Position numbers and translations under genes: made by a program | Shown here: positions 16,137-25,907 of the stretch, piece after piece | Layout of the letters: every line of letters begins with the position of its first letter | Numbering within the stretch: the first letter of the stretch is position 1 | Notes under the pieces: model-generated | Told to the model about the DNA's origin: nothing | Databases searched by the model: none | The model's input: only the letters and a program-made list of their open reading frames with translations | Source of the DNA: an uncultured Candidatus Saccharimonas sp. | GTDB taxonomy: Bacteria; Patescibacteriota; Saccharimonadia; Saccharimonadales; Saccharimonadaceae | Direction: 5' to 3' | Length of the DNA stretch: 32,000 nt | NCBI GenBank assembly: GCA_963528875.1 | Contig: CAURWT010000001.1 | Location: 150,001-182,000, forward strand

Positions 16137-17914
16137 TTAATCTCGTTTAAGCATTACAGTAAAAGCTTCGCTCGGAATTTCAACATTTCCAAATTTCTTC
16201 ATTCGCTTTTTACCACGTTTCTGCTTGGCTAGCAATTTCTTCTTTCGAGAAACATCACCACCGTAAAGATAGCCCGTCACATCTTTTCGATAAGCCGAAA
16301 TATTCTCTCGTGCAATGAATTTTCCACCAATCGCCGCCTGAATCGCCACTTGGAAATTCTGTCGTGGAATCACTTCTTTCAATTTTGCAGTAATTTCACG
16401 ACCCATTCGTACACTTTCTGAACGATGACACATCACCGAAAGCGCATCAACCATTTCACCCGCAACATAAAAATCCACGCGTACTAAATCTTCTACTAAA
16501 TAATCCCAAAGTTCATAATTAAATGATCCATAACCAGATGTAACGCTTTTTAGCTGGTCGTAAAAATCAGTCAAAAGGTTAGCAAGTGGCGCCTCGAAAG
16601 AAACCAAAACGCGCTCATCAATATAACTTAAATTCTTTTGTAGGCCACGTTTCGAGACAATCAGCTGAATTACGGCACCAACATAATCTTTTGGTACCAC
16701 AATTTCACCTTTAATCCACGGCTCACGAATTTCATAAATTTTTGTTTGATCAGGTAAGTCAGCAGCACTTTTAATGTCTAATTCTTCACCTGTTGTTAAA
16801 ATTACATGATAGTCGGTTGAAGGGTTGGTTACCACTAAATCTAAGTCATATTCACGCTCCAAACGCTCGCGAACAATATCCATATGAAGAAGACCAAGAA
16901 AGCCAATTCGCACACCAAAACCTAAAACCGGTGAATTCTCTGGTTCAAATTGAAGTGCAGAATCACTTAAACTTAATTTTTCAACCGCATCTTTCAAATC
17001 TTGATAATCTTCGTTCGAAACTGGGAAAAACCCAGCATAAACAAACGGCTGAACGTTTTGATAACCAGGTAGAGGCTCACTAGCAGGATCTTTCGAAAGA
17101 GTTACAGTATCACCAACTTTTGCTTCACGGGTAGTTTTTAAGTTAGTAACAATATAGCCAATCTCGCCAGCACTCATTTTGTCATACGGTGTCATTTTTG
17201 GCTGAAGCTTACCAATTTCTAGCGCCAAACCTTTCGAATCTGTCGCCATCATTTTAATTTCTTCACCTTTTTTTAGCTCGCCAGAAAAAATACGCACGTA
17301 CAAAATTACACCGCGGTAATCATCATAATAACTATCAAAAATCAAAGCTTTTAGTGGTTTCATTAAATCTCCTTTGGTGCAGGAATTTCCTCAATCACCG
17401 CATTTAAAACTTCTTCAACACCCATTCCTGTTTTAGCTGAAATATGTAAAATTTCGCTTTTATCACAGCCCAAAAGGTTAATAACTTCTTTTGAAACTCG
17501 CGGAATATCTGCTGCGGGTAAATCAATTTTATTCAAAACTGGAATAATTTTTAAATCGGCCGCCATTGCAAGATAAACATTAGCTAAAGTTTGCGCTTGA
17601 ATACCTTGTGAAGCATCAACCACTAAAATTGCACCTTCACAAGCTTGAAGAGAACGTGAAACTTCATAGGAAAAATCCACATGTCCTGGTGTATCAATTA
17701 GATTTAATTCTATTCCCTGCCAATTCATTGTTACAGGCGCAAGTTTAATCGTAATTCCTTTTTCACGTTCCAAATCCATCGAGTCTAAAAGCTGCGATTT
17801 CATATCACGTTTTTGAACAGTACCAGTAATTTCCATCATTCGGTCAGCTAAGGTCGACTTACCGTGATCAATATGAGCGATAATACAAAAATTTCTAATC
17901 TTTTCTAAATTCAT
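16137..17914 (-). pseudogene. lepA: Elongation factor 4 (LepA), split into 183-aa and 408-aa ORFs by a 1-nt frameshift
   Basis: The N-terminal ORF has the GTPase motifs [14 protein letters not shown] and NKID. The C-terminal ORF has the LepA-specific tail KKLLAKQKRGKKRMKKFGNVEIPSEAF. The ORFs abut at 17363 (TAATG). Frame 1 reads PAPKEI* and the other frame reads [15 protein letters not shown]. Confidence 0.85.
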
Positions 17915-17925
17915 AAACTTTCTAT

Positions 17926-17934
17926 ATTTTAACA
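17926..17934 (-). promoter_or_regulatory. Extended -10 box TGTTAAAAT, 11 nt upstream of the lepA ATG
   Basis: The reverse complement of 17926-17934 is TGTTAAAAT, and there is no clear SD. Confidence 0.45.
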
Positions 17935-17955
17935 GATTTTTAAAGTTTAGGCAAA

Positions 17956-19587
17956 TTATTTAATTTTAACCTGCACGAAAATCATCTTTTTAATTTGCGA
18001 AATAATCGGCTCAGCTTCTTCAAGTTTTAATAATCTTGCAACCAAGACATAAGTTGCTGAACTTACTAATCCGATAAATATAAATTTTGGAAAGGTTGAG
18101 AAGAATCGTAAATCAGAGCCAAGTAAAGGCATTCTCGCTACCAATAAATAACAAATTAAACCAGCTACAGCACTAGCAATCACCATTCGAAAAATCCCTG
18201 AAAGAAATTGTGCGTCAAAAAGTCCATTGATTCTTTTTCGCATCAAAAATAGTAAAATCACAATTTCAAGAACTGCACCAATCGCCTGCGCCCAAGCCAA
18301 TCCATAAGCACCAAATTTAAAAATTAAGCTGAAAATTATCGCCAAAACAATATTCAAACCAATTGCAACCAACGAGATATAAAATGGTGTTTTTGTATCT
18401 TCCATTGCATAAAAACTCCTTGCTGCAATATGATAAATTGAACGTGCAAAAATTGAAAGAACAAGAACACCCAAAAGTCCAGATATCAAATCATCACCAC
18501 CGTTTTTAATAAAGCTAACAATATAGCCACGCAAAAAGAAGAACAAAACCGAAACTGGCAAAGCTAAGAAAATAATCATTCGAAGAGCAGATTGTAAATC
18601 TTTTCGAAAGAGATCTTTTCGGCCGATTGCTAATCTTTCAGTTAAATTTGGGAAAAAAGCAGTAGAAATCGCCACACCAATTAAGTTTACCGGCATCATT
18701 TGAAGAGTTAAACTTTGTGAATAAGCACGAACCGTTCCTGAGCCCATTCGGCTTGCCATATTTGTTTCAACAATTGAATTTACGTAGTCCAAACCTTGAT
18801 CCATTGAGCGTGTTGGTAGGAGCTTCATCACCTGCTGAAATCCTTTATTTTTCCAAAAAATTCGAAATTGATATTTAAAATCAACACCAATCAAACCAGC
18901 CGCTGCAATCAAAAGCTGCAAAACCGATCCAAAAGCAACACCGATCGCCACACCCATAATTCCGCCTTCAAAAATTTGAATACCAAAAATATTAATTCCA
19001 TTTGTAAAGAACACTGTTCCAATAATAATTCCAATGTTGTAAATTGCAGGTGCAAGAGCCGAAAAAGTAAATCTTCCAATTGCTTGCTGAACACTTGTCA
19101 AAACTGTTGCAATCGCAAAAAGAAATGGATTAATTGCAATAACGCGCATCATTGATATAGCCAAAGAACGTGAAGATTCACTCAACCCTGGGCCAACAAT
19201 ATATTTGACTAAAGGCTCTGCAAAAATAATAATTAAAACAGATGTTAATAAAGTTAAAAGTGCCAACAGATTCAAAACACTCGAACTTAATTCCCAAGCA
19301 GATTTTTTATTTCGATTCGCCATTCGCTGGTTAAAAACTGGAATAAACGTTACACTTAAAGCACCCGAAACCAAAATAAAAAACATAAAATCAGGAATCG
19401 TAAAAGCCACCGTGTAAGCATCAATTCCGTCTGGATAAGAATCTAAATAATATGAATTTAAAAGCCTATCTCGCAAAAAGCCTAACAAGCTCGACAAAAG
19501 CGTCGAGCTCGCAAGAACGATTGCTGCAAATTTTACTGTTAATCTTGAGTTAGCTTTCGAAACAATTGATCTAACTTTTGATTTCAT
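17956..19587 (-). CDS. murJ: Lipid II flippase MurJ (MviN family)
   Basis: 543-aa protein with about 14 TM helices. The N-terminus ([17 protein letters not shown]......[30 protein letters not shown]) is MurJ/MviN-like. The start lies 2 nt after the ftsH stop. Confidence 0.85.
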   Translation of the reverse strand: MKSKVRSIVSKANSRLTVKFAAIVLASSTLLSSLLGFLRDRLLNSYYLDSYPDGIDAYTVAFTIPDFMFFILVSGALSVTFIPVFNQRMANRNKKSAWELSSSVLNLLALLTLLTSVLIIIFAEPLVKYIVGPGLSESSRSLAISMMRVIAINPFLFAIATVLTSVQQAIGRFTFSALAPAIYNIGIIIGTVFFTNGINIFGIQIFEGGIMGVAIGVAFGSVLQLLIAAAGLIGVDFKYQFRIFWKNKGFQQVMKLLPTRSMDQGLDYVNSIVETNMASRMGSGTVRAYSQSLTLQMMPVNLIGVAISTAFFPNLTERLAIGRKDLFRKDLQSALRMIIFLALPVSVLFFFLRGYIVSFIKNGGDDLISGLLGVLVLSIFARSIYHIAARSFYAMEDTKTPFYISLVAIGLNIVLAIIFSLIFKFGAYGLAWAQAIGAVLEIVILLFLMRKRINGLFDAQFLSGIFRMVIASAVAGLICYLLVARMPLLGSDLRFFSTFPKFIFIGLVSSATYVLVARLLKLEEAEPIISQIKKMIFVQVKIK

Positions 19588-19589
19588 AA

Positions 19590-21446
19590 CTAATCGTGAA
19601 GTTTTGCTTCCTTAGGCAATTTAGCATTTTTTAAAATTTTAGCAACTTCTTTTTCATCAAGAGTTTCTTTTTCAAGAAGTGCATCTGTTAATTCTTTGAG
19701 CGGTTTTTTATTCGCTTTAAGAATTGCGGCAGCACGCTCAACAGCCTCTTTAATTAATTTAGCAATTTCTGCATCAATTTTTTCAGCGGTTTTTTCAGAA
19801 TATGGTCGCTCGCGAGTCATTTTATCAAAGAACATTCCCGAATTTTCTTCATGAAAAACTTGATCAAGTAAATCTTCACCCATGCCAAATTCAATCACCA
19901 TATTTCGAGCAATATCAGTTGCATTTCGAAGGTCGCTTGATGCTCCGGTTGAAATTCCAGCTTCACCATAAATTAACATCTCCGCTTGACGACCACCCAT
20001 TGCGCGCGCCAAAATATCTTTATATTCGAAAATATTAGTATAACTTCGGTCCTCTGGTGGCAAGAACCAAGTAACACCTCCAGTTCCACCACGCGGAATA
20101 ATTGTAACCTTATGAACTGGGTCTGAATCCGGTAAAACATGGCCAACAACAGCGTGACCAGCTTCATGCCAAGCGGTAGTTTCACGCTCTAAATCGCTCA
20201 TAACTTTTGATTTTCGTTCTGGACCAATCGCCACTTTTTCGAAAGCTTCAGTTAAATCTTCATTAGTAATTACTTCGCGGTTGTTTCGTGCTGCTAAAAT
20301 AGCTGCTTCGTTCGCAATATTTGCAAGATCAGCACCTGCAGAACCGGCAGTCTTCTTTGCTAATGCGTTCAAATCAACAGATTTATCAACTTTTTTATTT
20401 TTAAAATGAACCTCTAAAATTGCTAAACGATCTTTTCGCTCAGGAAGAGAAATTTCTACACGGCGATCAAATCGGCCAGGTCGAAGAAGGGCTGGGTCGA
20501 GTACATCAGCACGGTTGGTTGCAGCCAAAACAATAACACCGGTATCTTTTTCGAAACCATCCATTTCAACCAAAATTTGGTTCAAGGTTTGTTCACGTTC
20601 ATCATGACCTCCACCCATTCCAGAGCCACGTTTTCGTCCAACCGCATCAATTTCATCAATAAAGATGATCGCTGGAGCATTCTTTTTTGCTTTCGAAAAC
20701 AAATCTCGCACACGTGAAGCACCAACACCAACAAACATTTCCATAAATTCTGAACCCGAAATTGAGAAAAATGGAACTTTTGCCTCACCCGCAACAGCAC
20801 GAGCCAACATTGTTTTACCAGTTCCTGGGTTTCCAACCATTAAAACACCGCTTGGGATTTTTGCACCCATTTTTTGATATTTTTTAGGATCTTTTAAGAA
20901 ATCAACAACTTCGTATAAATCTTGTTTTGCGTTTTCATTTCCAGCAATATCTTCAAATTTGATCTTCTTTTTATCTTCACCGTAAAGTTTTGCTCGAGAT
21001 TTGCCAAAATTCATCGCTTGCGAATTTTGACCAGTTGCCGAACGCATAATTAGCATAAAGAAAGCCACGATTGCAATAACCGGTACAATCATAACTGTTA
21101 AATTCCAAATTATCTCCGAAGAGTTATCAACTGGCATTACATCAACAGTAGTCTTTCCTTTTTCAAGCCCTTGCTCATAAATCGTTCCATTCTCTTTAAC
21201 CGATTTTTCGCTAGCTCTCTTCTCACCTTTTCTAGTGATTCTTACATCATTTCCTTGAATTTCTAATTTCGAAATCTCACCTTTATTAGCGCGCGAGATC
21301 ACATCTGAAATAGCCACTTCTTTTAATTTATTCGAAAAAATATTCTGGCTTAGCCAAATTCCACTAAAAATAGCTATAATTACCACCCAAAAAATAACAT
21401 TCAGAGATAGCTTCTTAAAATTATTGTTTTTCTTATCTTTCATCAT
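19590..21446 (-). CDS. ftsH: ATP-dependent zinc metalloprotease FtsH
   Basis: Walker A is [18 protein letters not shown], Walker B is IIFIDEIDA, the SRH is [20 protein letters not shown] and the Zn site is HEAGHA. Confidence 0.97.
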   Translation of the reverse strand: MMKDKKNNNFKKLSLNVIFWVVIIAIFSGIWLSQNIFSNKLKEVAISDVISRANKGEISKLEIQGNDVRITRKGEKRASEKSVKENGTIYEQGLEKGKTTVDVMPVDNSSEIIWNLTVMIVPVIAIVAFFMLIMRSATGQNSQAMNFGKSRAKLYGEDKKKIKFEDIAGNENAKQDLYEVVDFLKDPKKYQKMGAKIPSGVLMVGNPGTGKTMLARAVAGEAKVPFFSISGSEFMEMFVGVGASRVRDLFSKAKKNAPAIIFIDEIDAVGRKRGSGMGGGHDEREQTLNQILVEMDGFEKDTGVIVLAATNRADVLDPALLRPGRFDRRVEISLPERKDRLAILEVHFKNKKVDKSVDLNALAKKTAGSAGADLANIANEAAILAARNNREVITNEDLTEAFEKVAIGPERKSKVMSDLERETTAWHEAGHAVVGHVLPDSDPVHKVTIIPRGGTGGVTWFLPPEDRSYTNIFEYKDILARAMGGRQAEMLIYGEAGISTGASSDLRNATDIARNMVIEFGMGEDLLDQVFHEENSGMFFDKMTRERPYSEKTAEKIDAEIAKLIKEAVERAAAILKANKKPLKELTDALLEKETLDEKEVAKILKNAKLPKEAKLHD

Positions 21447-21474
21447 CTTCCTTTCCGGTCATTCAACTCTTACC

Positions 21475-21503
21475 ATTTTAACAAATTTTTAAAGCGTTTT
21501 CAA
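21475..21503 (-). promoter_or_regulatory. ftsH promoter: TTGAAA, 17-nt spacer, TGtTAAAAT, with an SD-containing leader
   Basis: On the minus strand, TTGAAA is at 21503-21498 and TAAAAT at 21480-21475. The leader carries GGAAAGGAAG before the ATG. Confidence 0.55.
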
Positions 21504-21505
21504 CC

Positions 21506-21535
21506 AAAAAAGAAAAAGAGGCTCTAATGAACCTC
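21506..21535 (-). terminator. Rho-independent terminator after the 241-aa gene
   Basis: The minus-strand RNA is GAGGUUC-AUUA-GAGCCUC followed by UUUUUCUUUUUU. Confidence 0.6.
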
Positions 21536-21540
21536 ATAAA

Positions 21541-22266
21541 TTATTCACCCCTAATTCGAGCCAAGGCTTCATTTATATAAAACCCCACTCGGCCTAAGGT
21601 ATATATTCTCGCAGCTAGAGCTTTTAGCTTATTGCCACGAGAACTAAACTTTTCAGCAACTTCCCTGCCTAAAATTCTAGCACAAGGATGGCCGGCATAA
21701 GCAAGCACTCTCAAACTATGAAACCCAGCGTTTAACTGCCAAGTTTTAGCTGTTTTACTAGTGAATTTATCAAACTGTCCGTCGAGAATTGCATATTTCC
21801 CAACGATTTGCTTGATTTTTTCTACTCCACCATCATCATTTCTCGAAAGCTCAAATGTTATTCTAAGCTTTTCGTCTTTTACGAAAAGCCTTTCTAATTC
21901 ATAGCCTTCAAGCTGAGTGAAGCACTCGTCCGCCAATGACAGAAGATATAAAGCACTTTCGAAGCGATTATCATCTTTTTTATTTCTGATGATAATCTGA
22001 GCTTCATTGAGTAATAGTCTTGCTTCAAGGTATCGGCGTTCTCCAATATCAGCTTTTTCTAGAGCTAATACTGCCAATTGAGATACTTCTTTGGACCAAT
22101 AAAGGCGATGAAGTTTTTGTTCAACTAAAGCCTTAAAAGCAATTAGTTGAACTAACTCTTTTGAAGACAAATTATCAGGTTCAGCATAGCTGATAATTTC
22201 TCCAAGCTCTTTATATTTTGAGCTTTCGAAAGCCTTAATAGCCTTATCGCGATCATACTTAATCAT
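21541..22266 (-). CDS. Hypothetical helical protein (241 aa) between tilS and ftsH
   Basis: Long ORF with a GAGGGGGTG SD 8 nt upstream. I recognise no family motif. Confidence 0.6.
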   Translation of the reverse strand: MIKYDRDKAIKAFESSKYKELGEIISYAEPDNLSSKELVQLIAFKALVEQKLHRLYWSKEVSQLAVLALEKADIGERRYLEARLLLNEAQIIIRNKKDDNRFESALYLLSLADECFTQLEGYELERLFVKDEKLRITFELSRNDDGGVEKIKQIVGKYAILDGQFDKFTSKTAKTWQLNAGFHSLRVLAYAGHPCARILGREVAEKFSSRGNKLKALAARIYTLGRVGFYINEALARIRGE

Positions 22267-22325
22267 TTTGTTGCACCCCCTCTAAAAAATATGATTACAC
22301 CTAAATTAAACCATAAATTAAATAT

Positions 22326-23207
22326 TTAGTCAATATTAAAACTCCAGTGATTTCTAGAAAACATAACTTCATGCCCACCCAAAATTTGTGTTTTTGAGCC
22401 GTTTTTAAAAGTTCGAATGGCGTGCAATAAATTCCAAATCTGCTTCGATAGCGGAATTTTGCCAGATTGATAAATCATAATTTCGCGCAGGATTTCATAG
22501 CAAACTTCATCTGAATTTGTGCAAAAAAACTCTCGTTCAAATTTTTGCCCGTCGCCAATTTCAAACAAAATCCCTTGAGTTACTTTCTCAATTTCACGGC
22601 GAAGTTCAATTTGCCTTTGCCAAATTTTAAAAATAAATTCCAGATCTTTTTCGCTAAAATCCAGAGTTTTTCGAATTCGATTGCGTGTATATTTTTGACT
22701 CAGATTCGTTGAATCTTCTCGCCAAACTAAACCTCGCTGTTTTGCCATTTTTAGAATTTCTAATTTCGAAAATCGTAAAAAAGGACGCTTAATATCTAAA
22801 GAGTCAAAACATGCCACCGCGCGCCAACCACCACCGCGCGCCAAATTTAATGCAAAAGTTTCAGCCAAATCATTTTTATGATGCGCCGTAAAAATTATAG
22901 CATTTTCGCGTTTAGCAATTTTTCGCAAAAAAATATATCGAGCATTTCGAGCTTTCTCTTCGCTTGAATTTTCTCCTAAATTACCATGCTCAAATTCAAA
23001 TTTTAGTCTATCTTTTTCTGCTAATCTTCGAACAAATTCACAGTCTTCTTGACTTTCTTTTCCGCGAATTCCATGCTCAAAATGCGCAACAATTAAGTTT
23101 TCTTCAAGCCATTTTTGCCCATTTTTATTTCGAAAAAATCGCACTAAAAAATCCAGCAAAACCACCGAATCCACACCGCCAGAAACTGCCACGACTATTT
23201 TCTTCAT
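22326..23207 (-). CDS. tilS: tRNA(Ile)-lysidine synthetase
   Basis: PP-loop VAVSGGVDSVVLLD, then AHFEHGIRG...ARNARY...TAHHKNDLAET. Confidence 0.88.
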   Translation of the reverse strand: MKKIVVAVSGGVDSVVLLDFLVRFFRNKNGQKWLEENLIVAHFEHGIRGKESQEDCEFVRRLAEKDRLKFEFEHGNLGENSSEEKARNARYIFLRKIAKRENAIIFTAHHKNDLAETFALNLARGGGWRAVACFDSLDIKRPFLRFSKLEILKMAKQRGLVWREDSTNLSQKYTRNRIRKTLDFSEKDLEFIFKIWQRQIELRREIEKVTQGILFEIGDGQKFEREFFCTNSDEVCYEILREIMIYQSGKIPLSKQIWNLLHAIRTFKNGSKTQILGGHEVMFSRNHWSFNID

Positions 23208-23215
23208 ATAAATTT

Positions 23216-23224
23216 ATTTTACCA
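23216..23224 (-). promoter_or_regulatory. Extended -10 box TGGTAAAAT, 8 nt upstream of the tilS ATG
   Basis: The reverse complement of 23216-23224 is TGGTAAAAT. It is the divergent partner of the box at 23248-23256. Confidence 0.5.
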
Positions 23225-23247
23225 CACTTGCGTTTTTAAATCGATTA

Positions 23248-23256
23248 TGTTAAAAT
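23248..23256 (+). promoter_or_regulatory. Extended -10 box TGTTAAAAT, 7 nt upstream of ATG 23264
   Basis: Direct read of 23248-23256. There is no SD. Confidence 0.5.
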
Positions 23257-23263
23257 TTAAACA

Positions 23264-24538
23264 ATGAAAGAAGGTGGGAAAATTTCGAAAATTAAAGAGA
23301 TAAAGTTCGAAAATTCAGTTAAATTTGCAGCCGAAAGTATTATTGAAAATGCCCTAAATCTGCATGCGACTGATGTTCATATTGAACCAAGAGAAGATTC
23401 AACTTTGGTCCGTTTTCGAATTAACGGTGTTTTAAAAACCGTTAATGAATTTTCGAAAGATTTTTTGCCAAAATTAGCTAAATATTTCAAACATCTTGGC
23501 GGTTTAAATTTTAGTGAAAAAACCTTTCCACAATCCGCTACAGTTCGACACGGAGAAGCTCGGATTCGAATTTCCACAACTCCAGTTTTTTTGGGTGAGA
23601 AAGTTACTCTAAGGTTAATTCGAGCCCGAAAAAGTGTTAGAAAACTCAACGAAATTGGGCTTTGGGGCGAAAACTTGCAGCAAATTCAACAAATTTTACG
23701 CCAACCGCGTGGAATTATTTTTACAATTGGTGAAGGAAATAATACAACTAATTTCTCAATTTTAAATGAATTAAATTCGAGCGAAAAAAATATTGTTACA
23801 ATTGAAAAAAATATTGAAAAAACTGTTCCAGGAATTAACCAGACTGAAATTAATCCAAGAATTGGTTTAGATTATTTCGAAATAACTAAATCAGCCTTGA
23901 GCCAAAATCCTGATGTTTTATACATTGATAATCTAAAAGATTCGAAAACTGCCGAGCTTATTTTTGACGCTTCAATGCGAGGCAAATTCATCATTGCAAG
24001 CCTTCCAGTTCAAAAAATAAGTGAAATTATCCCATTTTTAAATTATCTTGAAATTGAACCGTTCTTAATTAGTGCAAATGTTTTAGGAATGATCTCGCAA
24101 ACCTTAATTCGTACCGTTTCGAAAAAAGCAATTTCAAAAACCAAAATCTCAAAAGAAGAATCTTCGCTAATTTTACAGGAATTTAAAACTACGGGAGCAA
24201 AAATCCATCAGTTAGAAAAAGATTTTCGCGATAAAGTTCACCCAAAAAATAAACTTTCAACTTCTTCAAACTCTATTTTAGAGTTGCCAATTATTCGAAA
24301 AAAAGAAAATTACGAATTAGCTTTTTCTGGAAATACTGCAATTTTTGAAGTTTTAAGTTTAATCAACGGCGAGATTTCAAAAGAAATTAAAAATTTAATT
24401 CAAATTAAACCAACTTCAGTTGAAATTGAAGAAATTCTTTCAGCAAATAATTTTAGAAATATGAAATTAGACGGCTTAGCTAAGGTTCTACAAAATGAAA
24501 CAATTCTGTCAGAATTAATGCGGAAAACTGGATTTTAA
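23264..24538 (+). CDS. PilB/GspE/PilT-superfamily protein with degenerate ATPase motifs (putative pseudo-ATPase)
   Basis: ATDVHIEPREDSTLVRFRINGVL...ARIRISTTPVFLGEKVTLRLI aligns to the secretion-ATPase core. Walker A GPTGSGKT is replaced by GEGNNTT. The Asp box reads TIEKNIE. Walker B reads PDVLYIDNLKD. The His box reads GKFIIASLPVQ. Confidence 0.75.
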   Translation: MKEGGKISKIKEIKFENSVKFAAESIIENALNLHATDVHIEPREDSTLVRFRINGVLKTVNEFSKDFLPKLAKYFKHLGGLNFSEKTFPQSATVRHGEARIRISTTPVFLGEKVTLRLIRARKSVRKLNEIGLWGENLQQIQQILRQPRGIIFTIGEGNNTTNFSILNELNSSEKNIVTIEKNIEKTVPGINQTEINPRIGLDYFEITKSALSQNPDVLYIDNLKDSKTAELIFDASMRGKFIIASLPVQKISEIIPFLNYLEIEPFLISANVLGMISQTLIRTVSKKAISKTKISKEESSLILQEFKTTGAKIHQLEKDFRDKVHPKNKLSTSSNSILELPIIRKKENYELAFSGNTAIFEVLSLINGEISKEIKNLIQIKPTSVEIEEILSANNFRNMKLDGLAKVLQNETILSELMRKTGF

Positions 24539-24548
24539 AACAATAATT

Positions 24549-24557
24549 TGTTAAAAT
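24549..24557 (+). promoter_or_regulatory. Extended -10 box TGTTAAAAT, 11 nt upstream of ATG 24569
   Basis: Direct read of 24549-24557. Confidence 0.4.
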
Positions 24558-24568
24558 TATAAATAATT

Positions 24569-25126
24569 ATGTTAATTTTAGCTTCAAAATTACTAAACAC
24601 ACCGATTATGGGGCTACAAACCGGCTCACAACTTGCCCTAACCGGCAATGCGATTATTAATCCTGAAAATTTACAAATTTTAGCTTACCAATTAAAAGCT
24701 AATTCTTTTTCGAACGAAGAAATGTTAATCCGAATCGCCGATATTCGTGAGCTTTCAAGAATTGGATTTATTATCGACTCTGGTGAAGATTTTATTCTCC
24801 CAACAGATGTAATTAAAATTAAAGAAATAATCGACCTTGATTTCGACATCTTAAATCTTAAAGTTGAAGATGAAAAAGGTTCAAAAATTGGTAAAATAAT
24901 TGATTACACCTTAAGCTTAGCTGATTTTTCAGTTCAGCAATTAATCGTAAAACGGCCATTTTTAAAATCGTTAAACGATCCAACTTTAACAATTCACCGA
25001 TCTCAAATTGTTGCAATAAATGACGATACTATCACAATTCGCCACGAAAAAGAAGAATCTCCACAAAAACGAGCAGAAAGAAATGATAATTTTGTGCCTA
25101 ATTATATAAATCCCTTCCGAGATTAA
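24569..25126 (+). CDS. Hypothetical protein, possibly a tandem PRC-barrel-like fold
   Basis: Two similar halves (LLNTPIMGLQTGSQLA... and ILNLKVEDEKGSKIGKIIDYTL...QLIV) resemble PRC-barrel patterns. The call is weak and based on the motif alone. Confidence 0.4.
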   Translation: MLILASKLLNTPIMGLQTGSQLALTGNAIINPENLQILAYQLKANSFSNEEMLIRIADIRELSRIGFIIDSGEDFILPTDVIKIKEIIDLDFDILNLKVEDEKGSKIGKIIDYTLSLADFSVQQLIVKRPFLKSLNDPTLTIHRSQIVAINDDTITIRHEKEESPQKRAERNDNFVPNYINPFRD

Positions 25127-25863
25127 AATTGTTCTTTCGAAATCGCCTTTTTAATTTCATCAAAAGAAAAACCCTGTCGAGCCAAATAAGCAATTAACTT
25201 TTGTTCATCTGCATACCTTTTAGCTTTTTTAGCAATTATTTTTTGAATCTCATCCTCATTATTTCGATTTGATTCACTTAAAACCTGTTCAATAATATCT
25301 GAAGAGATACCTTTCGAAAATAATTCAGATTTTAGTTTTTTAATTGAGCTACCTTTTCTCTGATTACGATTTTCAACCCAGAATTTAGCAAACTTTTCAT
25401 CATCAATATATTTTTTTTCAATCAATCGGCTCAAAACTTGTTCAAATGAAATTTTTGAAACTCCTTTTTTTTCATAAAATTCACCAGTTTTATGATTTTT
25501 AAGCTTACGATTCAAAGTTTTTTTCCATAAATAATCACTAATTTCCTTTTTAGAATGTGGCCTCATTAAGCAATAATTTAAAGCTAAAGCATAAAGTTTA
25601 CCAAATTCACTCTGCTGTTCAAGATTTTCGATTTCAGTTTTCGAAAACTTTGTGCCAATTTTAATATTTAACTGCGTCAGCTGAAAAATATCTAGCGAAA
25701 AACGATATTTTCCATTCACAAAAATATTTACCCGATTTTGATTTTTAACTGCTTGTTTTATATCTGTGATTATAAAAAAACCATCCTTAAAAGTAGCTTC
25801 TTGAGAGCTTTTTTTTATCTTTTTATACTCAAAATCACTATGATCAAAAATCTCTAATGCCAT
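25123..25863 (-). CDS. recX: RecA regulator RecX, with an N-terminal extension
   Basis: Repeated three-helix modules (EISDYLWKK, VLSRLIEKKYIDDEKFAKFWVENR, KLKSELFSKGISSDIIEQVL, KLIAYLARQGFSFDEIKKAI), located directly downstream of recA. I prefer ATG 25863 over the TTG at 25878. The gene has a 4-nt tail-to-tail overlap with 24569..25126. Confidence 0.8.
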   Translation of the reverse strand: MALEIFDHSDFEYKKIKKSSQEATFKDGFFIITDIKQAVKNQNRVNIFVNGKYRFSLDIFQLTQLNIKIGTKFSKTEIENLEQQSEFGKLYALALNYCLMRPHSKKEISDYLWKKTLNRKLKNHKTGEFYEKKGVSKISFEQVLSRLIEKKYIDDEKFAKFWVENRNQRKGSSIKKLKSELFSKGISSDIIEQVLSESNRNNEDEIQKIIAKKAKRYADEQKLIAYLARQGFSFDEIKKAISKEQF

Positions 25864-25879
25864 AAAAATTAAAATCAAA

Positions 25880-25902
25880 TTAGCCCAAATTTATCGGGCT
25901 AA
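25880..25902 (-). terminator. recA-recX intergenic hairpin (attenuator/terminator)
   Basis: TTAGCCC/GGGCTAA 7-bp stem with a 9-nt loop, followed by a U-rich run before the recX start. Confidence 0.5.
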
Positions 25903-25907
25903 TTATT

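Noticed and set aside
856-20877. Other short track ORFs overlapping strong genes (for example 856..1059, 4481..4687, 4804..5028, 5617..5868, 6865..7765, 9491..9796, 16793..17083, 18868..19417, 19802..20877, 22964..23239, 23377..23649, 26452..26710, 28468..28662, 31357..31629)
   Set aside because: Each lies antisense to or out of frame within a CDS that has clear family motifs. None has independent expression signals.
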